Shown here one piece after another: positions 28,763-37,564 of a stretch of DNA of 64,000 nucleotides; the stretch's first letter is position 1, and each line of letters begins with the position of its first letter. The translations under genes and the position numbers were made by a program. The stretch lies in the sequence record MN445183.1; one strand, 5' to 3'. Under the pieces are notes generated by a model. It saw nothing but the letters and a program-made list of their open reading frames with translations, did no database searches and was not told the DNA's origin.

Positions 28763-29947
28763 ATGTTACCAGTTGCTGTTACTGGCGTAGTTACGTTGGC
28801 CACGGCTTTATCCTCGCTGGCTGCTTGGTTTACTTCAGCCAAGAACAAAGCACAAGATGCAGGCCTGACCCTCGATAAAACGTTACAAGCCATTGGTGCG
28901 GTGGGCAACGCAGATTTGATCACCTTCACCAAAGTTTGCCGTATGGAACCTCTGGTGTTGCTAGATGATCGCTTACGTAATGATCCGGTAACCCCAGACA
29001 TTATGCAGGTGCTTACCAGCATCGTCGCAGGGTATTACCTTCAAACCTTTGCCCTGCTTGGTCAAGTCAAGGGTGTTGACGTCATCGGAACGCTGGATAA
29101 GTTGAACCCATCCCGTACGGGTATTGGGTTAAACTCGTATGACCTCCCGCATATGGACTACATTAACAGCCATAGGGTTGTGGGTAAAGCACTTCCGTTC
29201 TATAGTATCGGGGTTGAAGCACTGATTGATGCGGATCTCCCACCGGATGCAGCGGGTACATCACAAAGCAAAACCAGCCTGTCTGTTCCGGGTAACGTAG
29301 CGGACATTTACCAGGCGACTAACCTCGCTGTAGGTAAGATGATTAAAGCCGTGATCACTGCCGACGGCAACTCCGTCGAAGTCCCGATCACCATCCGCAT
29401 GAAACCAGTCACCACGGATTCCAAGTCCATTGCTGCGACGTTAGCAATCGGTACGACCAAGAATACCGTGAAAGAACGCTGGCAACGATTTAAAGCCGGT
29501 GAACTCACCTTCTCCAACTTCATCTTTATGGATGACGTGGTTCAGCAGCACAAGTCGATTTTGATCAAAGACAAATCCGGCTTTTATGCTGAGGTGGTTC
29601 GTCGTGCAAACGGTAACCTGGCGAAGGGTATCATCAGCGGTAACCTGTCCCTGGCTACTAACTCCAACATCATCGTGATCTCTGCTCCGACAGCGGTAGC
29701 CGTTGAGCGTGAACTCGGTGGTAGTCTGAACAACTTCAAAGTCCGCGAAGGCATCTTCAAGAACGTCTATTCTAATATTCTGGTTGTCTTCAACCAGGAC
29801 AGTGGGATGGTGACGCTCTATTACCGTGGTGAGACCACCGGTACGACCGTGTCTGCGTATGACCTGAAACTGTCCAGCAAAGGCAATGGTCCGGACATCA
29901 TGTCCATCTTCACCGCATTTGCCGAAAACAAAATTCCTCCACTCTAA
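28763..29947 (+). CDS. putative head protein (phiKZ gp89-like by position)
   Basis: ATG 28763 behind AAGGAG; IGVE possible cleavage site. Confidence 0.7.
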   Translation: MLPVAVTGVVTLATALSSLAAWFTSAKNKAQDAGLTLDKTLQAIGAVGNADLITFTKVCRMEPLVLLDDRLRNDPVTPDIMQVLTSIVAGYYLQTFALLGQVKGVDVIGTLDKLNPSRTGIGLNSYDLPHMDYINSHRVVGKALPFYSIGVEALIDADLPPDAAGTSQSKTSLSVPGNVADIYQATNLAVGKMIKAVITADGNSVEVPITIRMKPVTTDSKSIAATLAIGTTKNTVKERWQRFKAGELTFSNFIFMDDVVQQHKSILIKDKSGFYAEVVRRANGNLAKGIISGNLSLATNSNIIVISAPTAVAVERELGGSLNNFKVREGIFKNVYSNILVVFNQDSGMVTLYYRGETTGTTVSAYDLKLSSKGNGPDIMSIFTAFAENKIPPL

Positions 29948-29960
29948 GGGAACAGGTTGA

Positions 29961-30866
29961 ATGAACATTTTTGATTACGCTAAATCGTTCTTTGGCGGTG
30001 GCGTTGAGAAACGTGACTTGCTGAGCGAAGTAGACCGTCTTGAGACCGAGCTGAACAAGTTCACTCTGATGGGGTACAAGCAGGCAGTGGGAATGGGGTT
30101 GACGGCGGGTGGTAGCAATTACTACTGCAAGCAGATCAGCAAGCTGTACGAGTCAACCCGTACGCAGCAGCGTCTGCGTGCCGTCGACATCGTTGAAGGG
30201 GTTTACCTCAGCTTAAACCAGCTGACGCTGACACTCCCGTGGTTGCGCAAGCAACTGGAGAAAGAAGCGAAACAACGCATCGTCGCTGAGAACATCGATT
30301 TCAAAACGGCGAACTTCCTGCGTTACATCGACTCGATCGACTTCTACCTGCGCTATTCACGCTCCATGCTGCTGGTGATCTCCAGCATCAAAGCATCGGA
30401 TAACGAAGCCGCCTTCCAGCTGGATAAGCAGGTCCTGGTCTCCGAAGCGAAGTTCCTGACTGAAACAGCAGGTTTCTTTGCGTATCTGGTTGGTCTGTTC
30501 TCACAACCGGTTGCGGTAACTGAGAAGCTGTTTGATGCGGTGCCGACCGTGGTGGTGTCCGAAGCGGACGAGGCCTCTGTTGCTGCGGTGCTGGGTGATA
30601 AGATCAACGCGTTCCAAAGCGGCTTCATCCCGATGCGCTTTAACATCTTCTTTATCATCGGTAAACGTCGTGCAGAGCGTCGTGTTGCTCGTCTGCGTGC
30701 AGCAGAAGCGGCAGCCAACGCTATCGAGCTGACGTTGAACAAACTGCAAGAGCAGAAGGCCGGGGGTAGCGAAGACCCAACCATCGACAAGCAGATCGCT
30801 TATTACACTAACGTGCTGAATAAGCTGAACTTCGAAATCGAAACCATTACCGCCGAAGCGAGTTAA
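29961..30866 (+). CDS. putative virion protein with C-terminal coiled coil
   Basis: 301 aa, highly expressed-type codons, structural operon. Confidence 0.75.
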   Translation: MNIFDYAKSFFGGGVEKRDLLSEVDRLETELNKFTLMGYKQAVGMGLTAGGSNYYCKQISKLYESTRTQQRLRAVDIVEGVYLSLNQLTLTLPWLRKQLEKEAKQRIVAENIDFKTANFLRYIDSIDFYLRYSRSMLLVISSIKASDNEAAFQLDKQVLVSEAKFLTETAGFFAYLVGLFSQPVAVTEKLFDAVPTVVVSEADEASVAAVLGDKINAFQSGFIPMRFNIFFIIGKRRAERRVARLRAAEAAANAIELTLNKLQEQKAGGSEDPTIDKQIAYYTNVLNKLNFEIETITAEAS

Positions 30867-30875
30867 GGAGTCGGT

Positions 30876-31406
30876 ATGTCTAAAGTGAATACCGGCGCTG
30901 ACGCCATTTACGATACCGGGTTTACTTCCCACGCCTCACGTAGCAACGTGAAGCTGGAACGTGATTCCGATGTCGTGGCGTTGTATCAGGAGCAGATTGC
31001 CAATCCTGCGGTGTACGATAACTGGAATTATAAAGAACGTGTGCTCGAAGTGACCGCGCGTTTATTGTTCCCGTTAGCGCCGTGGGTCATGGCTCAGCGC
31101 GCAAACAGCATGCACTCAAAACACGCACTGATGTTTGTTCGCGATATTGCTACTGTGGCCCTGGGTGGCGATCGTTCAATGTCGGTAAACATGCGCATGA
31201 ACCTGATGACGGAAGCTGCGGTCATGTCCAACCCACTGCAATTGCGCGGTGATCTGGATAAGGTGAACATGTATTTACCGATCGAAGTGGTTGAGCAACT
31301 GCGTGCTGCTGATGATGGACATTCGTTAGCTAACCTGACTGCCACACCGGCGAAGTTGAAGGATATGGTTCAGTCATTATATGTCATGTTTGGTACGGGC
31401 CGGTAA
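30876..31406 (+). CDS. hypothetical (probable virion) protein
   Basis: AAGGAG RBS, structural operon. Confidence 0.75.
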   Translation: MSKVNTGADAIYDTGFTSHASRSNVKLERDSDVVALYQEQIANPAVYDNWNYKERVLEVTARLLFPLAPWVMAQRANSMHSKHALMFVRDIATVALGGDRSMSVNMRMNLMTEAAVMSNPLQLRGDLDKVNMYLPIEVVEQLRAADDGHSLANLTATPAKLKDMVQSLYVMFGTGR

Positions 31407-31444
31407 CGGCCCTTATCATCAATCTATTAAAAGAGGAATTGGTA

Positions 31445-32926
31445 ATGAGTTCACTTCTCCTTCAAACTCTGCTCGGCGAAGGTCTGGAGTCGTTCGAAGA
31501 TAGCGACGGTCCAGCAGTTGTCGCTACCCCGGAGAATACCCCAGCCCCGACCCCTTCCATCGACGTCACGATTTGTGAAGAAGAAATAGCTGTTGTTGAA
31601 GCAGCTGAAGAAGCGGCACGTGCTGAAGTCGTTCTGGTCGATAGCGCAGAAGACCTGGCAAAGACCGACGCCCTGGCTGATGCACAGACCGTTCTGGTTA
31701 CTGAAACCAGCAAAGTGGTCGCCTCCATGGAAAGCTTCATTGGCTCTCCGATGTCCAAACAAGATGCGATGGCATTGCAAAGCCGTGTGATCGAAGCCAC
31801 TAAAGGCCAATACAGCCAGCAGCACATCGTTGGTTCTCTCGAAGCCTTCGGTACCGACATCACCACCGATGACGCACTGAATGCGGGTCTGGAAGGCCTG
31901 GGTGATTTCCTGAAAGAAGCCCGTAATAAACTTTCCGGTATCGTTCAGGTGCTTCGCGCTAAAGTGGGCGGGTTCTTTAAAGACATCGGTGTTAACTTCG
32001 ATAAAGTTGCTAAACGTTCCGAAGCCATTCAACGTCTGGCGAAGAACACTTCCGGCGAATCCAATTCTTCTGCTATTCAGCTACCGCTGGATACCGCTTG
32101 GCATCTGGTAAAAGATGGCAAAGTGGTTACTAACCTGGCAAAAGAAGTTACTGACCTGACCAAACTGGCCGAGTCTGTAATGCGTGATAACAACGCCGAA
32201 ATGTCTGCCGACCGTAAAAAGTTCATCGAACTGGTTTCTCCGCTGGCGACCGCCAACCTGGATGAAGCGCAGAAGATCGCTAAGAAGATTTCCGAGTGGA
32301 AACTGCCGAAGCCGTCCTTTGCGAAAACCAAAATCCAGACCAGCGCCCGCACCGTTGATCTGTATCGTTCTGATGTGCTGCCAGGTGATGAAGCGCTGTT
32401 CGTTACCATGCCGCAGGATATCAGCGTCGCATCTGATAACGTCAGCAAGCGTTTGGAGAACATCAGCACCACGTTCTTCGCATTAGACGTTTCCCTGTGT
32501 GACGTGGCCAAACGTCCTAACAAACTGGACGTGGCGGTTGACACTCTGAAACCGGCTGAGATCGTGAAGATCACTGAAGCAGTATCCGCCATCCTTGGTG
32601 ACATCAAAACTTACTCCAAAACTTGGGGTGCGTGGGATGAAGCCAACAACGAGCTGGATCGTCTGATGAACATTCTCGTTAACGTGGAATGGAACGACGA
32701 CGAAACGTATGAAGGTTCTACCGCGTACGCTAACGGTTACACCGTTTACACCAGCAAACTGAACTACCGTGTTGCTGATGCTGTGTGGTACATCAACGCC
32801 AGCTACGGTTACCTGTCGACTTATCCGGTAATCCATCTGTCTAAGAAACTGATTATCCTGATGAACCGTATCCTGGAAGTGTGCGAACGCTCCCTGGCCA
32901 CCTACAGCGACAACAATCTGAAATAA
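31445..32926 (+). CDS. internal head protein, phiKZ gp93-like paralog family
   Basis: GEGLE, GSLE, AGLE sites, acidic propeptide. Confidence 0.8.
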   Translation: MSSLLLQTLLGEGLESFEDSDGPAVVATPENTPAPTPSIDVTICEEEIAVVEAAEEAARAEVVLVDSAEDLAKTDALADAQTVLVTETSKVVASMESFIGSPMSKQDAMALQSRVIEATKGQYSQQHIVGSLEAFGTDITTDDALNAGLEGLGDFLKEARNKLSGIVQVLRAKVGGFFKDIGVNFDKVAKRSEAIQRLAKNTSGESNSSAIQLPLDTAWHLVKDGKVVTNLAKEVTDLTKLAESVMRDNNAEMSADRKKFIELVSPLATANLDEAQKIAKKISEWKLPKPSFAKTKIQTSARTVDLYRSDVLPGDEALFVTMPQDISVASDNVSKRLENISTTFFALDVSLCDVAKRPNKLDVAVDTLKPAEIVKITEAVSAILGDIKTYSKTWGAWDEANNELDRLMNILVNVEWNDDETYEGSTAYANGYTVYTSKLNYRVADAVWYINASYGYLSTYPVIHLSKKLIILMNRILEVCERSLATYSDNNLK

Positions 32927-32936
32927 GGAAAAAGGA

Positions 32937-34250
32937 ATGCGCACGTCACTACTCGATATTGCGCTTTCCGCCGGACTGGAGGGGTTCGCCCCTCCTTCCA
33001 CCGACGTGGAAGCCCCAGATGAATCCGCAATCAACACCCAGTTGGCTGCAAACGTAGTCACGACGACTGATATTCGTACGACACAAATCAACATCGCTGA
33101 CTTAACCCGTCTAGCCGGTGGGCTGGAAGGGTTAATGATCGAAGTAACCCGTGTTGAAAACAAAGAAGACCCAACCACTGAAGAACTTGCCGCTTTACGT
33201 TCCACAGCCGCTGCGGTAGAACGTAAGTTCCTGGAGCCTGATCAACGTCGGGTAGTGGATGAGATTGCCGAAGGCCGACTGGAAGGTTCTACTGAAGGTC
33301 TGGGCGACATGATGAAAAGTGTCTCCACCAAACTGGGTTTCGCCATCGGTAACTTCTGGGATGGGTTGAAACGTTCCAGAGGCAAGAACAAAATTGTTAC
33401 CGACATGACCAAGCGCCGTTTGGTTGATTTGTCTAACCGCGTTGCTAGCTTACCGGACGTGACGTATTCCACGACCCTCAGTAAAGACCTGGCACAGCAA
33501 ACGCTGTTAAACGGCAAGTCAGATCCGAAAGGGTGTTTTGCTGATATCGTGCCAGCGATTGAAGATTGGTATAATCGTCCGATCAGTTTGATCTTGACCA
33601 AAACCGATGAGCTGGTTGAGTTGCTGACCCAGGTGTTGCGAACCACCACTCGCGAAGAGTTTGACGCGCTGACGAATGCCAATGCCGATAAGTTTGTTGT
33701 TCCTTTGCCAGACAACGCTGAGAAACAAAACCCGGTTAGCGGTAAGTATTATACCTTTGACGTGTATAACGTCCACCAGTCACTGCGTGGTCGCTGTACT
33801 CGTTATTACGTAGCGCGCCCAAGTGCAAACGGCCGTATAGCTAACGCTATGAACGATAACGCGATGGCAGTGAACGTGGCTTTCGTGGACATGGTGTCTC
33901 TGGTTAAACCACCGGTCAAACCTGAAACAGTCACTTTTACCAAAGCAGAACTGCTGGATGGACTGCGTCAGCTGAGCCGTGCTATCGCTGAGCTTGAAGT
34001 GCACTTCAACCAGATGGAGCAGGTTTACGGTGCGTACAACAAGTACCTGAACGTAACACGCGCGTACGATGGTTTCATCAAGCACTCCTTTGTTAACAAA
34101 GATGTGCAGGCGATCGTGGGTAACCACGCCGGCGCTATCCTGGCATTGTTCGAACTGACCTTTACGCCGGTTGAAGGCACCATCGAAGCAATCAACAAAC
34201 TGGCCGATGTCGTTAAGGCCCTCGTCTACGGTTCTGATTTAAGCAACTAG
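32937..34250 (+). CDS. internal head protein, gp93-like paralog family
   Basis: SAGLE and GSTE sites, same architecture. Confidence 0.75.
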   Translation: MRTSLLDIALSAGLEGFAPPSTDVEAPDESAINTQLAANVVTTTDIRTTQINIADLTRLAGGLEGLMIEVTRVENKEDPTTEELAALRSTAAAVERKFLEPDQRRVVDEIAEGRLEGSTEGLGDMMKSVSTKLGFAIGNFWDGLKRSRGKNKIVTDMTKRRLVDLSNRVASLPDVTYSTTLSKDLAQQTLLNGKSDPKGCFADIVPAIEDWYNRPISLILTKTDELVELLTQVLRTTTREEFDALTNANADKFVVPLPDNAEKQNPVSGKYYTFDVYNVHQSLRGRCTRYYVARPSANGRIANAMNDNAMAVNVAFVDMVSLVKPPVKPETVTFTKAELLDGLRQLSRAIAELEVHFNQMEQVYGAYNKYLNVTRAYDGFIKHSFVNKDVQAIVGNHAGAILALFELTFTPVEGTIEAINKLADVVKALVYGSDLSN

Positions 34251-34258
34251 GAGTAATC

Positions 34259-35713
34259 ATGTCTGAAATGTCGATGTTGATGCACGGCATGGGATTAGAA
34301 GCATTTGTAGACGAACGACCAGACGTCAATTACGAACGCGTTGACGTAGACGATAGCGAACTGATCGAAGCCGGCAAACAAACTGATTTCATGATTGGTG
34401 AACTCGCTGAACAGCAGCAGCGTGTAGCGGGGCTAATCGACGCGCGCGACTACGCATTGGCTAACCGTGAAAGTCTGTCAGAAGAAATGGCAAGCGAATT
34501 ACGTAGCCGTGTTATTGCGGTACTGGGCGAAGATCGTGGTGTACGCCTCGTGGGGTCCGTTGAAAGCTATAACGGACCTAACGGGTTGCAGATACTGGAC
34601 TGCGGTTTGGAATCCATCGGTGGGATGATCCGTTCAGCGCTAGCTGCGTTGATTAAACTGATCCGCACCGGCGCAAGAATTCTGATGAATTTCTTTGCCT
34701 CTGCAAAAGTTGTGCTGGGTAACCAACTTCGTGCAATTGGGGTGTTAAGTGCGGCGTCCAATCGCAAGATTGAAGGTTGGGATGAGTTCATGGTTAATGT
34801 GGGTAACAGCCAATCGGCTAAACCTAACACATACACCACCCCGCCAAGCATGTCATCGTCTTCTGCGGCGACTGACACAACGCCGTTGAAATCGCAGCCG
34901 GTTAATAATGCAGTGCCGGGTGACCTTAGTATTTCAACGTACACCACCCTGGCCATGGAATCTGGCGGATATTTATTTATCCCGTCTGATTTCACGTATG
35001 CTTTGCGAAACACCTGCGACACCGTTGAAGGCATCTGCCTGGATGTGGTAGGGGGGTTCAACAAACAATACGGTGCGTTGCTTAATCTGTTCGCGGACTC
35101 CATCAAGTTCAAAGACGGGATCGAGGCATTCAATGCTTTGCAACAGATGTCGGCTGATAAGTTCCTGCCGATGAAACGTCTGGGTTACGATGCGGACGCA
35201 TCCACCGCCACGCATTCGGTGTTAACCACAGGCGTTTTACTGGGCGACACGCGGTTCACCGTGGAGTCACGTCGCGAAGCGCTGTATGCAACTAATGCTC
35301 AAGGTCCAGACAACCGTTTGAACAACGCAGAAGGCCTGAGTAACATTCGTGTTTACTTTACCGCACCGACCACGAAGACCTGGCCTCGTGGTGAACGCGT
35401 TAAAACATTAAGCCGCACGGCAGCCCTGCAATCACTGGCATTGATTGACAAGTTAGTCAAAGCGGTAATTGACAGTCCGTTGCAGGCTGAAGCTAATGCT
35501 CTGAGTAAAGAAGCTGATAAAATTGCCAGTACGGTAATTCCACGTCTTGACAGCACCGATGATCGCATGGAACAATTCCAGTCGTATTCGGTCAGCATCA
35601 TGTCTGGAATGACTAACCTCACTGCCGCAGGCCCGCGTTTGTTAATCACCTATGTTAACAATCTGGCAAGTGCTGTTCGTGAGTTTGTCGAACTGAGCGG
35701 CGACTTCAAATAA
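34259..35713 (+). CDS. internal head protein, gp93-like paralog family
   Basis: GMGLE, GSVE, CGLE sites. Confidence 0.75.
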   Translation: MSEMSMLMHGMGLEAFVDERPDVNYERVDVDDSELIEAGKQTDFMIGELAEQQQRVAGLIDARDYALANRESLSEEMASELRSRVIAVLGEDRGVRLVGSVESYNGPNGLQILDCGLESIGGMIRSALAALIKLIRTGARILMNFFASAKVVLGNQLRAIGVLSAASNRKIEGWDEFMVNVGNSQSAKPNTYTTPPSMSSSSAATDTTPLKSQPVNNAVPGDLSISTYTTLAMESGGYLFIPSDFTYALRNTCDTVEGICLDVVGGFNKQYGALLNLFADSIKFKDGIEAFNALQQMSADKFLPMKRLGYDADASTATHSVLTTGVLLGDTRFTVESRREALYATNAQGPDNRLNNAEGLSNIRVYFTAPTTKTWPRGERVKTLSRTAALQSLALIDKLVKAVIDSPLQAEANALSKEADKIASTVIPRLDSTDDRMEQFQSYSVSIMSGMTNLTAAGPRLLITYVNNLASAVREFVELSGDFK

Positions 35714-35811
35714 CTGATAACCATCGTTGTTAACCATTATATGTACCACCCGTGCGGTACCACGGGTTAATGACGATGCGTTATTTCATGAAATAATACG
35801 GAGTACAAACA

Positions 35812-37503
35812 ATGAGTTTTTACATTGATGCCATCCTGGCCGGTGCCGGAGTTGAGGCGTTTGAAGACGCAGACGCGCCAGTCGTACCTGCTGTAGATCC
35901 GGTGGTTCCCGTTGACCCAATTCCAGAACCTGCGCCAGCGCCGGTTGATCACATCGTTCCAGTTGAACCGGTAGACCCGGTTGTCCCTGTCGATCCTACC
36001 CCTACACCAGCACCAGAAGTGGTTGACCCAACTGCTCCTGCTGATGTTCAGGTCCCTGTTGAACCAGTTGAACCTGCTGTACCTACCGACCCAGTTGATG
36101 CACCAGTCGATCCGGTTGACGTCGTGCCGGCGCCAGTCGAAGTTGAGCCTGAAGATATCGGCGCGATTGCCGCAGCCGCTGTAGCGGTTGCTGAAGCCGA
36201 ACGTGAAATTGCTGAAGGTAATGTTACCATTGCAACCATGGACAGTGGTCTGGCTACCGAAGAGCGCGTTATTGAAGACGCTACTGCTGCTGTCGCACAC
36301 ATTCAGGAAGTCCAGGCAAGTCTGGAACACTTTATCGAAGAAGGTAATGTATCCGTTAAGACCGCCATGTTGCTGCAAGACTCCATCAACAACGTTATGC
36401 GTTCCGTTGGTAAGTCCGGCGCCGAGATCACCAGCGGTGGCCTCGAAGCATTCGGCGACGACCCTGATCAAATGCTGATCGTTCTGAGCGCTGGCCTGAA
36501 CGCACTGGAAGAAGAGAAGAAATCCCTGGGCTCTCGTGCCATGGGTGCTCTGAAATCCGTGCTGGCTGGTATTGCGAAGTTCGGTGCTGAAATCCTGAAT
36601 CAGTCTAAGCGTCACGGCGCGAAAGCAACTGAACTGGAAGCCGCCATTAAAGGCAAGCCAGAGAAAGAAGTTTCTATCTCTAGTCAGTCCCTGATGGTAG
36701 GTAAAGAATACTCCAAAGACCTGGCCGGCGATCTGAACAAGTTCAAAGACAAACTGGTAAAAGGTTCTGTCTCGGCTATCAACGATCGTAGCAACTGGTT
36801 CTTCAAAACTGCACCGGGTATCATTGCTGAGATCAATGGCGCTGAAACCGCTGACGCAGCTGTTGCTGCTGCGGCTAAATTCAAGCTGCCACAGGTTAAA
36901 GGCGTGACCATCTCCGTGCGCGACGAAGACGGCATGTCTCTGATGCGCTCTGACGTGGTCCTGGGTAACTATGCGTTGTTTGAACTGCGTACCAAAGCGG
37001 CTGCACCGTCTGACACAGCTTCTGCTGTAGCGTACCTGAAAGCCGCAACCAAGTCTCGCATCACCATCCAGCGCGCTAAAGCACAGCCGCCGGAAGCACT
37101 GTCTCTGAAACTGTCTGAAGGCGCCGCGGCGAAGATCATCACTGCGGTTAAAGGTGTGCTGTCTGAAACCGAATCCCTGAAAGGCGTAATCGATACCATC
37201 AGCAAACAGTCTCTTGAACTGGATGCGAACGGTAAAGGCGACGGTGACAAAGATGTTAAGAAGATTGCTTCCGCTGCATCTGCACTGCCTGACAGCCTGG
37301 TAGATACCGTGTCTCAACTGCCACGTACTTCTACTCGCGCCGCAATGGACGTTGTCGAAGCGTCTCTGGCCGTTGTCTCTTCTTTTGCTAAAGGCGCTAA
37401 AGCCGAGAAAGCACCGAAAGATGACAAAGGCGACAAAGGCGACGACGGCAAACCTGACAATAAAGATGACAAGTCAGGTAAAGGTGAAGGCGAAGAAGAG
37501 TAA
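35812..37503 (+). CDS. internal head protein, gp93-like family, Pro/Val/Asp-rich propeptide
   Basis: GAGVE, ASLE, GGLE sites; PVDP repeats; strongly biased codons. Confidence 0.8.
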   Translation: MSFYIDAILAGAGVEAFEDADAPVVPAVDPVVPVDPIPEPAPAPVDHIVPVEPVDPVVPVDPTPTPAPEVVDPTAPADVQVPVEPVEPAVPTDPVDAPVDPVDVVPAPVEVEPEDIGAIAAAAVAVAEAEREIAEGNVTIATMDSGLATEERVIEDATAAVAHIQEVQASLEHFIEEGNVSVKTAMLLQDSINNVMRSVGKSGAEITSGGLEAFGDDPDQMLIVLSAGLNALEEEKKSLGSRAMGALKSVLAGIAKFGAEILNQSKRHGAKATELEAAIKGKPEKEVSISSQSLMVGKEYSKDLAGDLNKFKDKLVKGSVSAINDRSNWFFKTAPGIIAEINGAETADAAVAAAAKFKLPQVKGVTISVRDEDGMSLMRSDVVLGNYALFELRTKAAAPSDTASAVAYLKAATKSRITIQRAKAQPPEALSLKLSEGAAAKIITAVKGVLSETESLKGVIDTISKQSLELDANGKGDGDKDVKKIASAASALPDSLVDTVSQLPRTSTRAAMDVVEASLAVVSSFAKGAKAEKAPKDDKGDKGDDGKPDNKDDKSGKGEGEEE

Positions 37504-37515
37504 CCTAAACTAAAT

Positions 37516-37545
37516 GGGGGAGGGGGTTTCCCCTCTCCCTTTATT
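37516..37545 (+). terminator. intrinsic terminator
   Basis: G-run/C-run hairpin then tttatt. Confidence 0.7.
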
Positions 37546-37564
37546 CCGCCCTATAGGTGAAATT

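Noticed and set aside
35767-37317. 516-aa antisense ORF (likewise 6048-6779, 15506-16204, 44390-45295, 46703-47608)
   Set aside because: Fully antisense to well-supported genes; explained by codon bias or repeats.
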